DNA of 32,000 nucleotides from Candidatus Heimdallarchaeota archaeon (lineage in GTDB: Archaea; Asgardarchaeota; Heimdallarchaeia; Heimdallarchaeales; Heimdallarchaeaceae): assembly GCA_030668875.1 (NCBI GenBank), contig DAOVER010000007.1, positions 1-32,000 on the forward strand, given 5' to 3'. A model generated the notes under the pieces. That model had not been told where the DNA came from, searched no databases, and saw only the letters and a program-made list of their open reading frames with translations. The stretch's first letter is position 1; the number at the start of each line of letters is the position of its first letter. The position numbers and the translations under genes were made by a program. Below are positions 1-8,436 of this stretch, piece after piece.

Positions 1-1
1 G

Positions 2-523
2 AACAGATTGATCTATGGGCAAGCTTACTACAAACTGAAGGAGAAATGGAGGAGGAAATTGAAAGATGGGATTCATAAGTTAACGAGTTATTTGATAGAT
101 ATATGGGTCGAACGCGATCTCCATGAAGTAATTATAGGCTATAACTCTCTATGGAAACAAGGATTACATTTCTGGAAGAAAGTTACCCAGATGTTCGTCA
201 CCATCCCTTTTCTGAGAATCATCAATATCTTGAAGTATAAAGGAGCAGAACGAGGGATAAAGGTGGAAACCATCCCAGAACAATATACTTCTAAGAGCAG
301 TTTCCTAGACAACGAATTCCCCAAAAAACGAGTGAAGTACATAGGCAAACGAATCAAACGAGGGTTGTTCCGTTCTTCTAAAGGTTATTTAATCAATGCT
401 GATGTTAATGCTGCATACAATATATTAGTTAAAAGCGATCCGAAAGCCTTGCTTAAACGCAATGTGAACGGGGTAGGAGGATACGTGATGTATCCACAGA
501 GAGTGAGTATAGAACTCTTGTAG
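2..523 (+). mobile_element. tnpB: TnpB (IS200/IS605/IS607-associated RNA-guided endonuclease), 3' part; 5' end lies outside the window
   Basis: The frame is open to the window edge (aac aga ttg...). It contains the TnpB C-terminal signature IPF..I.N.LKYK....GIKV....EQYTSK.SFLD....GKRIKRGLFRSSKG.LINADVNAAYNIL, with the RuvC-III Asp in NADVNAA. Confidence 0.9.
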
Positions 524-605
524 TTGTATATGATGACCTCTACGAAACTAGCTCAACTATGGTTGTCTTAATATGACAACATGACAATAACCCATCATGA
601 ATCAA
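479..605 (+). ncRNA. Candidate omega-RNA (reRNA) scaffold / element right end overlapping the tnpB 3' end
   Basis: Inverted repeats ggatac/gtatcc (479-495), tagttg/caacta (521-526 / 554-559) and gttgtc/gacaac (562-580). TnpB guide RNAs are known to derive from this position. The exact boundary cannot be determined here. Confidence 0.45.
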
Positions 606-698
606 TTTATTAAAAATAGGGTGAACCTCAAATTGATATAATACCTTGAAAAGATTTATTATACATAAAGAATTTGATTTACTGCCATAGAAATATCG

Positions 699-1892
699 GT
701 GATTAAAATTAGTGATAACGACAAATACCATGAAATAGAGATTTCTCCTTTTCAATTACCATTTTTGCGAGATCTTGGAATTAAAGTCGTTTCCATGATA
801 GTTTTTGATATCATCTATGGTCCAGTTTGTTATATGAAAGAATTATCACGCTCAAATTTTGGAGATAAACTAAAGGATGTAAGTTCTCTTTCTGAAGTAT
901 ATACAGGTTTTGCGCGAACTAATGCTGATGTTATTACAAGTCTAGAAGAAAGAATAGTTATTGGTAGATACACTGTAAGAGAAGATGAAGTAGAGAATAT
1001 CGTTGTCCTTCTTCTAGTATGCGTTCCAACAGCTAATCTCGATAAATTAACTAAATATGCAAGATCTCTATCGGAACGAGCTAAAGGAAATCCTAAATTA
1101 CTTGATGACGCACTAAAACATCTAATAGAAGCTGAAAAAACAGCAGTACAAAAAATACCTATTTCAAGTCGTGATGGTGTTTTAACAAAAGGTATAACCA
1201 TTAATGATACCTCAGTAGTAACTGGAACTGAGTACAACAATTTCTACGGTTTCTTATTTGTTCAATATCATAGAGCAGAAATGGATGGTAGATTCTTTCC
1301 CAAAATGGTTGATGGAAAAAAAATAGATTTGCGTCATCTTTTCAAGTTTATTGATACTCAAAAGAATGAAGCTGAATTGAAAGAAGGTGACTTGATAAGC
1401 CTCTATTACAAAGGTCTCGAACTACTAGTGTATCAGCACATAGAGAAAGATGCTATCTTGATAGGAGCAAAGAAACCTCAGAGCAGAATTAATTATAGCT
1501 ATATCGATGAATGGTTTAAAATATTGTTTAACTCTTACATCAATATTCCTGGGAATAGCAAAGCAGTATCAACCGTTGAAGCAATAAAATTCTTGGATAA
1601 AAACGTCTCAAAACAACCTAAGAAGTATATAATAGATGAAATAATGGATCTCATTATAAATGCAGAAGATGACTATCCTGAGTTATCAAAAAGTAAGAAC
1701 ATTCTAAGACAACAAGGGTGGATTACTCTTCATAAAAACTATCAGCTTTTCTTAGAAAATTTAGATCTGATTAATGGAGACCAATCTGTTTATGGATTGA
1801 GCCAAGATTTGTCTGTACCTGTTTCTTCCGTAATAGAATTCATTATATTCCTCAAATCAAGAGGTTTCATAGACGTTTATAGAAAGAAATAA
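699..1892 (+). CDS. Longin/uDENN-like domain protein with C-terminal winged helix (NPRL2-like architecture)
   Basis: 397-aa ORF. The N-terminal beta strand plus FDIIYGP matches the longin/uDENN 'FD...GP' start. A second beta-rich longin-like segment begins near NNFYGFLFVQY. The C-terminus INGDQSVYGLSQDLSVPVSSVIEFIIFLKSRGFI is a wHTH pattern. A TATA-like gaaaa-ga-tttattat lies at about 649-663. The start could be GTG 699 or a later ATG. Confidence 0.55.
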   Translation: MIKISDNDKYHEIEISPFQLPFLRDLGIKVVSMIVFDIIYGPVCYMKELSRSNFGDKLKDVSSLSEVYTGFARTNADVITSLEERIVIGRYTVREDEVENIVVLLLVCVPTANLDKLTKYARSLSERAKGNPKLLDDALKHLIEAEKTAVQKIPISSRDGVLTKGITINDTSVVTGTEYNNFYGFLFVQYHRAEMDGRFFPKMVDGKKIDLRHLFKFIDTQKNEAELKEGDLISLYYKGLELLVYQHIEKDAILIGAKKPQSRINYSYIDEWFKILFNSYINIPGNSKAVSTVEAIKFLDKNVSKQPKKYIIDEIMDLIINAEDDYPELSKSKNILRQQGWITLHKNYQLFLENLDLINGDQSVYGLSQDLSVPVSSVIEFIIFLKSRGFIDVYRKK

Positions 1893-1998
1893 CCTGTTGT
1901 TTCACCTGAAATATTTTTGATTTTCTAAAAAAACTATAATAAGATTAAAAATACATTGTGTATTCTTTAGCATATAATCTCCTATACTGGTGCACTTT

Positions 1999-3000
1999 AT
2001 GAGAATGTACGAAGCCGAAGAATCATTATCTGAAGAAGAAATCAACAAAAACTTAGATATATTACTAAAATTATCCGCATTAAAGGCATCCAAGATGTTT
2101 GAAAACCTAGATATTTACAACATTCTGAATCGTCCTAGATCACCTGAAGAGATATTTCATATGTCCAATTTCAATACTTTGCAAGAGGAGTTCGTCAGAG
2201 TGTTTGATTTACTAACTTATAACGAGTTATTAACAAAACAAGGAGAATTTTACGCTGAAAATCCTAGACGAAAATTTCTAGAAGAGTATATGGAGAACGA
2301 TATAAAAGAATTCGATAATGATTTAATTGCACATTTCAACTCATTGTTTGACCGACTTGGTTCTATATATGAATCCATACTTAAAGGAGAGTCAAGCAAA
2401 TTACAAGAAGTTGATCTAATAAATGTACTTGATTCCATATTGGGTTCAGAATATTTCTTTCAATTACGTAGTTTATTCTTCAAGACAATATCTCAACGAA
2501 TGTCATTGTTTTTCTCCAAAGACAAACTGACTTTTCTTAATTGGGGTAATGGTTCAGGTTATGATGCTTTACACTTAGCTGATTTCTATAGGCACAACGT
2601 CAAAGTTATCAGCATAGAACCACCAAATTCTCTTAACAGATGCCAAGTTTTACAAGATCTATATGAAATTTATAATGTTGAATTCATAGAATATGATGAT
2701 TTCAAAGCAAATCAAATGGCAAATTCTGTTGATCTAGTTGTGGGAACAAGCTTCCTCTTCAAAGATGATTTAAAGAAATTCATAGATGTAAGTAAAATCG
2801 TTTTACACGATGAAGGCTATTTAGCTTTACCTCTTATTCGAAAACTTTCCCTATCTTTTGACTGGATTATGGGTGTTTACACTCCCTATTATTTCAATCT
2901 AGAAAGAAACTCACTAATTGCTAAATTAAAGCATTATGGCATCTCAAAATTGAAATACATTGGATTAGATGAAAGTTTTATTATGATGCAAAAAATATAG
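1999..3000 (+). CDS. Class I SAM-dependent methyltransferase with N-terminal helical/wHTH-like domain
   Basis: Motif I FLNWGNGSGYD, followed by VISIEP (acidic residue at the end of strand 2) and VDLVVG. ATG 1999 is preferred over GTG 1990. Confidence 0.7.
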   Translation: MRMYEAEESLSEEEINKNLDILLKLSALKASKMFENLDIYNILNRPRSPEEIFHMSNFNTLQEEFVRVFDLLTYNELLTKQGEFYAENPRRKFLEEYMENDIKEFDNDLIAHFNSLFDRLGSIYESILKGESSKLQEVDLINVLDSILGSEYFFQLRSLFFKTISQRMSLFFSKDKLTFLNWGNGSGYDALHLADFYRHNVKVISIEPPNSLNRCQVLQDLYEIYNVEFIEYDDFKANQMANSVDLVVGTSFLFKDDLKKFIDVSKIVLHDEGYLALPLIRKLSLSFDWIMGVYTPYYFNLERNSLIAKLKHYGISKLKYIGLDESFIMMQKI

Positions 3001-3013
3001 AAGAAGAAAAAAG

Positions 3014-4165
3014 TTACTTCTTCTTCTTTTCAATACCTATGTCAGTTCTTTTAGCTAATTCAGGCACAATTTGCAAAAATGGTAGGATTGCATTAGCTAT
3101 CGATGAGAAAGCATCCTCTTTACTACCAGTTACTATCATTTTATCAATCTCTAGATTCTGATAAATTTCTGGAAGTTTCTCAATTATCATCTCTTGGAAT
3201 AGACGAGAATCTGATTTGTTTAATGCTTCAATTCTTTTAAGAATACCTTCAGCTTCAGCCATTTTGGCTTCACGAATAACTGTAGCTTCACCTCGAGCTC
3301 TTGATTCAATTTCGAATTGTTTAGCTTCAGCTAGTTTCTTAATTCTATCCGCTTCTGCAGAAGCTTCTATCTTAATCTTTGTTTGATAAGTTTGAGCTTC
3401 TACTTCTGTCCTCCTTCTCTCTAGTTCTTGAACCTGAATGTCTTTCTCTTTCTCCTTAGAGTCGACATCCATACCAACTTCTTGTTCTTCAATACCCACT
3501 TTACGACTTACTTCAAGATCTCGTAACTTTGTTATTTCTTCCATTTCAGCGTTCTTCAATCTAGCAAGTTTCTCTTGTTCGATTTTCATTATAGCGCTAA
3601 CATTTGATTTCAGATTAGGATCGATAATTTCAATCTCTCTAATCTCACATGATTCGATAACTAAACCCCAATCTCGTGTTAAAGTGTGTAGTTCTTTAGT
3701 TACAGCTTCTATGATCGCTTGTCTATCTCTAATGATCTTTTCTAGTGCCATATTTGCGCAAGCAGTTCTTATAATGCTTTCAGCTGCATTTTTGATGATT
3801 TTCTCAACGTGTGCTTGTGATGCGGTATCCCATGAAGTACGTGAGAACGCTACTTCAGGATCAACAACTCGCCAGAAAATGAACGCAGTTACACTAATTT
3901 CTTGAAATTCTCGCGAAACTACTTTTTCTTTAGCTTCTAAAAATGTAGACTGCGTTGTTACAGGTATCACTCTAACTTCATCTATAAGTGGAATAACTAC
4001 TGCTTTCCCTCCTATCCCTGCTTTGATAACTCTCCCATTACGAAAGTGTATCATATATGTATCAGAAGTAAATTTCCGATAACGACTTGCATAGAATAGC
4101 AAGAATAGTATAGCAACACCAACGATTCCAATAACTATCCAAACAATAACCATTGTTATTTCCAT
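3014..4165 (-). CDS. SPFH/band-7 domain protein, flotillin-like
   Basis: N-terminal TM helix; SPFH core (FIFWRVVDPE.A; IRTACANMALEKIIRDR; WGLVIESCEIREI); Glu/Ala-rich coiled coil (AEADRIKKLAEAK...AEAEG); flotillin-type C-terminus (IEKLPEI..NL.IDKM). Confidence 0.9.
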   Translation of the reverse strand: MEITMVIVWIVIGIVGVAILFLLFYASRYRKFTSDTYMIHFRNGRVIKAGIGGKAVVIPLIDEVRVIPVTTQSTFLEAKEKVVSREFQEISVTAFIFWRVVDPEVAFSRTSWDTASQAHVEKIIKNAAESIIRTACANMALEKIIRDRQAIIEAVTKELHTLTRDWGLVIESCEIREIEIIDPNLKSNVSAIMKIEQEKLARLKNAEMEEITKLRDLEVSRKVGIEEQEVGMDVDSKEKEKDIQVQELERRRTEVEAQTYQTKIKIEASAEADRIKKLAEAKQFEIESRARGEATVIREAKMAEAEGILKRIEALNKSDSRLFQEMIIEKLPEIYQNLEIDKMIVTGSKEDAFSSIANAILPFLQIVPELAKRTDIGIEKKKK

Positions 4166-4301
4166 TCTTCTTCATACCCTCTGTTTTCTGTGAATCAAAA
4201 TTAGTAATGGTTGCTTTTTAAGGTATCCAAACGTCGATAAGTAAAAAGGTGAAGTGAGAAACTAATTTCTGCAATAGATAAAAAGAAGAAAAATAAAGAA
4301 A

Positions 4302-5054
4302 TTAGATGACATCAACAAGGTATACTCTGTTCTTCACAGCAACAATACGAACCTGTTCTTCTCGCTCAAATCTTTTGAAATGGTCAAAGCTTTTTGCATT
4401 TAGTTTCTGTAATCCCATGCCTTCTCCAAGATCAACATGGATGATTCCTCCTCTTGAATCTACAGGAACATAAACTAATGCTACCTTACCTACAAGTTGA
4501 AGTCCACGTATAATTGGTTTAACAGTTGTAGCTGAAATTTTCTTCCAAATATTTGTAATAGCTAGTGCTAATAGAAAAGGTGAGACAATTATTACGATTA
4601 TTCTGAATATTCTTATTCCAATACTTTCTGAACTAATTTGTAGTGTAGATACACCTAGAATCCCGAACATAAGGAAATATGTAGACATTAGTAAAAATAT
4701 AGGGGCAGTTGTATGAGTGACGTCCTTAAAGCCATCTGCATGCACTTCGGTGATATCCCCATCATGAGCCCCAGAAATGTCATGGTCCAGTGACACATCA
4801 TGGTCTACTGATAAATCATGATCTAATGATATATCGTGATCAACAGAGATGTCATGATCAAATGATATATCGTGATCAACAGAGATGTCATGATCCATTG
4901 ATATATCATGGTCACCAATCCCTAAGGCATGAGCTAGACTTTCTAAGTTTAGAACAACTGATAATAAAATCAAAATTCCGCCTGATATGAGTAAACCTAT
5001 TGCTAAATAATAAAGAACGCTCTCAAACCCATTAAGGAATGTATCAAATGACAT
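4302..5054 (-). CDS. NfeD-like (YuaF/YqiJ-type) membrane partner of flotillin, with His/Asp repeat loop
   Basis: Three TM segments plus a C-terminal OB-fold (LVGKVALVYVPV...GGII.V...LNAKS......EEQVRIVAVKNRVYLV). It lies directly upstream of the SPFH gene on the same strand, the established nfeD-SPFH pairing. Confidence 0.85.
   Translation of the reverse strand: MSFDTFLNGFESVLYYLAIGLLISGGILILLSVVLNLESLAHALGIGDHDISMDHDISVDHDISFDHDISVDHDISLDHDLSVDHDVSLDHDISGAHDGDITEVHADGFKDVTHTTAPIFLLMSTYFLMFGILGVSTLQISSESIGIRIFRIIVIIVSPFLLALAITNIWKKISATTVKPIIRGLQLVGKVALVYVPVDSRGGIIHVDLGEGMGLQKLNAKSFDHFKRFEREEQVRIVAVKNRVYLVDVI
4770..4913 (-). repeat. Intragenic 18-bp tandem repeat x8 encoding DHD(I/L/V)Sx
   Basis: Units DHDISM, DHDISV, DHDISF, DHDISV, DHDISL, DHDLSV, DHDVSL, DHDISG. 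An identical 35-bp stretch aatgatatatcgtgatcaacagagatgtcatgatc occurs at 4825-4859 and 4861-4895 (period 36). Confidence 0.95.
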
Positions 5055-5206
5055 GTGATCCCCTGCTTTTTATTCTATGTAAATCTAGGCATACCAACTT
5101 AAAAACGTATAGAAATTCAGTGATTAACGAAATAGTCAAATAATCAGTTTGTAAGTATAATTTGAATGCATTGAATGGTATTAACGCGTCTGATTTCTCA
5201 ATTTGT

Positions 5207-6592
5207 ATGGAAGAAATCAGAAAAAGAGGATTGGAGCCAAAGTTATACACTATTCCGCAAAATTTGATGAATAAGATTAGTAATAGTATATTGAAGAAAA
5301 TACACATTGTAATTGAACTAGCTAAAGAACAGAAAATTTCTTTGGCTATAGTGGGGGGTTTTGTTAGAGATCTACTGTTAGGTAACCCAAGTCAAGATGT
5401 TGATTTTGTTGTTTTTAGAGGAGATATTAACGAATTTACACAAATATTAGCTAAAAGAACTGGGAGCAAAATAGGAAAAATGAATAACAAGACTCTTACA
5501 ACCCAGATTAGGTTTGCAGATGGTATTTTTTTTGAATTTAATTCTACAAGAAAAGAGGAGTATCAATACCCTTCTAGAACTCCAAAAGTATCTGCAGGCA
5601 CTATCCTGGATGATTTACATAGAAGAGATTTTACGATTAATGCATTATTGCTGTTCGATGAAAAAGTCATTGATATCTTCAATGGAAAGGAAGATTTAGA
5701 ACAAGGTATAATTCAAACTACTCGAAATCCTGAAACAGTATTTAAAGAGGATTATCTGAGAATACTTCGTGCTGTAAGATTTGCCAGTAAATTGGACTTT
5801 GTTCTATCGGAGAGAGTACAAACTGGAATCCGAAAAAACGTTAAGAATTTATTAGAAGTTCCAAAAGAACGAACATTATCTGAACTGAGAAGTGCTCTCA
5901 GTTATAATCCAATTAAAACATTGAAGCTATTGATAGATTTGAATATACTTGAAACAATGTTTTCTCAAATTCTAAACCTTGACTTAGATAAGAGAATCTT
6001 CTCGTCTGATACAATTTTTCAGAAAATTGAAACTAAATACAAGTACTTAACAGATATGAGCGTATCCGATATTGCAGTATATTTTGCTGTTTTACTTATG
6101 GAAACCTATGTAGAAGAAGAAGAGACTAAAAAAAGAGAATCTATGTTGAAATTGAAACTTGACAAACAATTGAGATTCTATAAATTTTCTAATAAACTAA
6201 GGGAAAACATACTTTTCATTATTGAAAATCGCAACTCACTTCTGAGCTTAATTGGCAGTAAACCTTCAAAACTTGAACTTAGACAACTATTAAAGAAACT
6301 AGGCACACAAATGGAGAATATAATTTATTTAACTGAGGCTGAATTATCTGTTAAAGCTAATAAATTAGATTTCACTTCTTTGAAAAATGCTCTAGATGAG
6401 ATAAAGAAGAAACATGATCTTATTAATTTTCAACTGCGTATTGATGGTTATGAAATTGAAGCCATATTTGGAATTAAAGGAAAGAAAATAAAACAATTAA
6501 AAAGCGATTTACAGAGAGCAATTATGAATGAAGAAATCGAAAATACTAAGGTATCTTGTATTAAGTATCTAAAAGAAAACTTGGAGAAATGA
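5207..6592 (+). CDS. cca: Class II (bacterial/eukaryotic-type) CCA tRNA nucleotidyltransferase
   Basis: Motif A VGGFVRDLLLG....DVDF; flexible loop RKEEY...SR.P.V; motif B RRDFTINAL; motif C D.F.G.EDL..G; motif D EDYLRILRAVRF. The start is uncertain (TTG 5162, ATG 5207 or ATG 5267). Confidence 0.9.
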   Translation: MEEIRKRGLEPKLYTIPQNLMNKISNSILKKIHIVIELAKEQKISLAIVGGFVRDLLLGNPSQDVDFVVFRGDINEFTQILAKRTGSKIGKMNNKTLTTQIRFADGIFFEFNSTRKEEYQYPSRTPKVSAGTILDDLHRRDFTINALLLFDEKVIDIFNGKEDLEQGIIQTTRNPETVFKEDYLRILRAVRFASKLDFVLSERVQTGIRKNVKNLLEVPKERTLSELRSALSYNPIKTLKLLIDLNILETMFSQILNLDLDKRIFSSDTIFQKIETKYKYLTDMSVSDIAVYFAVLLMETYVEEEETKKRESMLKLKLDKQLRFYKFSNKLRENILFIIENRNSLLSLIGSKPSKLELRQLLKKLGTQMENIIYLTEAELSVKANKLDFTSLKNALDEIKKKHDLINFQLRIDGYEIEAIFGIKGKKIKQLKSDLQRAIMNEEIENTKVSCIKYLKENLEK

Positions 6593-6661
6593 ATACGAAA
6601 AAGATTAAAGTGTTTGACCCAGAACAATTGTAAGAGTACAGAAGTAGTAATTAATAGATAG

Positions 6662-8422
6662 GTGATGAATGTGATGAGTTCCAGGGGTGGAATGTACCTT
6701 ATTGCCATTGTTATATGTTCGCTGTTAATGACTAGTTCTTACCATTCACAATCATATCAGACCAATGAGTTACCTACCAATTTGTTTCAAGATTCACCTG
6801 TAGTGGATTTTACAAATTCTTTGGAATATATCCTAGTAGAATCAATGAGGATTGAGTCAGATGAAGACTTCATTTTATTAGGCATACCTGGTAGTGGAAC
6901 CACTATGGACCCATATAGAATTGAATATTTCAAGCTGGGTGGATCTGGAATTGATACAGCATTATTTATTTCAAACATTACAAAGCATTTTATCATAGAA
7001 AATTGTCGAATTGCAGCAACATTTTTGATTAATATTGCCAATATCCCAGATGTAAGATTCAACATCACTGACAATTCTATATATAACACGGGGTCTTATT
7101 ATCCAATTGATACCCGGACTGGTATTAAATTGATTAATTGTTGTAATGTGTCTATAACAGGAAACATTGTAGAATCTTCATATATTGGGTTAGAAATGAT
7201 TTCCACAAATAACATACACGTAATGAATAATTCATTCTCTGGAAATGATAATGAAGATTCCAACATCAAATACGCTGGAATAAGATTAAAAAATACAATG
7301 GGTTGCAAATTCATAAATAATCTCTTTTCAAAGGGTGGTTTTTCTTTAGATTTAGATTTCGAGCAGTTTAATGATCTTTTAATTGAAAATAATTCAATAA
7401 GGGAAAGGGAAATATTATTCAGTAAGAATGAAACTGGAACAATAGTTTCCAATAACATATATGGACAAATTTTACTTTTCAATTGTCAATATATAATCGT
7501 TAATAACCTCATTCTGTCAGAACTTTACATCGGAATTGGTATATTTTTCTCAGATTCATGTGAAGTGTATGACAATATGTTAATTGACTGCCATCAAGGA
7601 ATTTATGATTTTAATTCATACAATTCTATAATTAGCAACAATTTTTGTGATAAAAATAGTATTGGTATCTCCGTAGAGACTGCTGAAAATTGTATTCTAA
7701 AAAACAATACCTGTATAAATTCCAATTTTTATGATGGAATCCAGCTATCTAACTCTCTCTATTCTTTAGTTGAAAATAACAATTGCTCATTTAACCGTCT
7801 AGGAAATGGTATTTTCGATTCCAGTTTCGATTCACTCATTCTTAACAATGTTTGCGAGTTTAATGGTTATGGACTTCATATGTGGTTCTCTGAAGCTACA
7901 GCTATTTGCAACAATAAATTCAATCAAAATTCTGGAGGTATTTGGGTTCTAGATGCCAATGATATTGGAATCTATAATAATTCAGTTGAATACAACACAA
8001 AGTTTGGAGGAATTATAGTTCAAAATGGTATTGGAGGAACTCTATCCTATAATTTATTATTGGAAAATGTTGGATATGGAGTAACATTAAATGGAGGAAC
8101 AAAGGATTATATTGTTCATCATAATAGTTTCTTCAATAACCTGATTCCTTCAGACGCTTTAAGCCAAGCTTCTGATGATGGAATAGGAAATTGTTGGTAC
8201 CATCCTGATACTCTTGTTGGTAACTACTGGTCTGATCGTGGAATATCAAGTAAATATGAAATAGATGGAACTGCTGAATCTATCGATTCATATCCACTAA
8301 AAGAACCAATTGTTCTCCCAAGTACTGACTATACTGGAAGAAGCACTTTCTTTATTGCTCTGACACTCACAGCATTAGCAATAGTAGCTTTTGTCCACAG
8401 AAAGAAGAGAGGCAAGATTTGA
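6662..8422 (+). CDS. Secreted, membrane-anchored right-handed parallel beta-helix (NosD-like) protein
   Basis: Hydrophobic N-terminal signal; many 'N.I.NN.....GI.L' repeats; GNYWSD motif near the C-terminus; C-terminal TM followed by basic RKKR. Confidence 0.8.
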   Translation: MMNVMSSRGGMYLIAIVICSLLMTSSYHSQSYQTNELPTNLFQDSPVVDFTNSLEYILVESMRIESDEDFILLGIPGSGTTMDPYRIEYFKLGGSGIDTALFISNITKHFIIENCRIAATFLINIANIPDVRFNITDNSIYNTGSYYPIDTRTGIKLINCCNVSITGNIVESSYIGLEMISTNNIHVMNNSFSGNDNEDSNIKYAGIRLKNTMGCKFINNLFSKGGFSLDLDFEQFNDLLIENNSIREREILFSKNETGTIVSNNIYGQILLFNCQYIIVNNLILSELYIGIGIFFSDSCEVYDNMLIDCHQGIYDFNSYNSIISNNFCDKNSIGISVETAENCILKNNTCINSNFYDGIQLSNSLYSLVENNNCSFNRLGNGIFDSSFDSLILNNVCEFNGYGLHMWFSEATAICNNKFNQNSGGIWVLDANDIGIYNNSVEYNTKFGGIIVQNGIGGTLSYNLLLENVGYGVTLNGGTKDYIVHHNSFFNNLIPSDALSQASDDGIGNCWYHPDTLVGNYWSDRGISSKYEIDGTAESIDSYPLKEPIVLPSTDYTGRSTFFIALTLTALAIVAFVHRKKRGKI

Positions 8423-8436
8423 AACTTTAAACACTT

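Noticed and set aside
1902-1983. 23-aa minus-strand ORF (1902-1973) with perfect AGGAG 5 nt upstream
   Set aside because: It lies antisense across an AT-rich promoter region and has no recognisable motif; a chance SD match is likely.
3438-3905. 155-aa plus-strand ORF, and similar antisense ORFs at 830, 6787, 7099, 14438, 18540, 20445, 21734, 22697 and 27529
   Set aside because: Ser/Ile/Phe-rich shadows lying fully opposite well-supported genes, with no motifs.
4770-4913. Regularly spaced repeats as a CRISPR array
   Set aside because: The units are contiguous 18-mers with no unique spacers, are in frame within a CDS, and no cas genes are present.
4790-4990. 66-aa plus-strand ORF with repeated MIYRDQQRCHD
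   Set aside because: Antisense shadow of the DHDISx repeat in the nfeD-like gene.
5207-6592. Poly(A) polymerase (PcnB) assignment
   Set aside because: The PAP signature upstream of the flexible loop is absent, and the loop and EDxLR motif fit a CCA-type enzyme.
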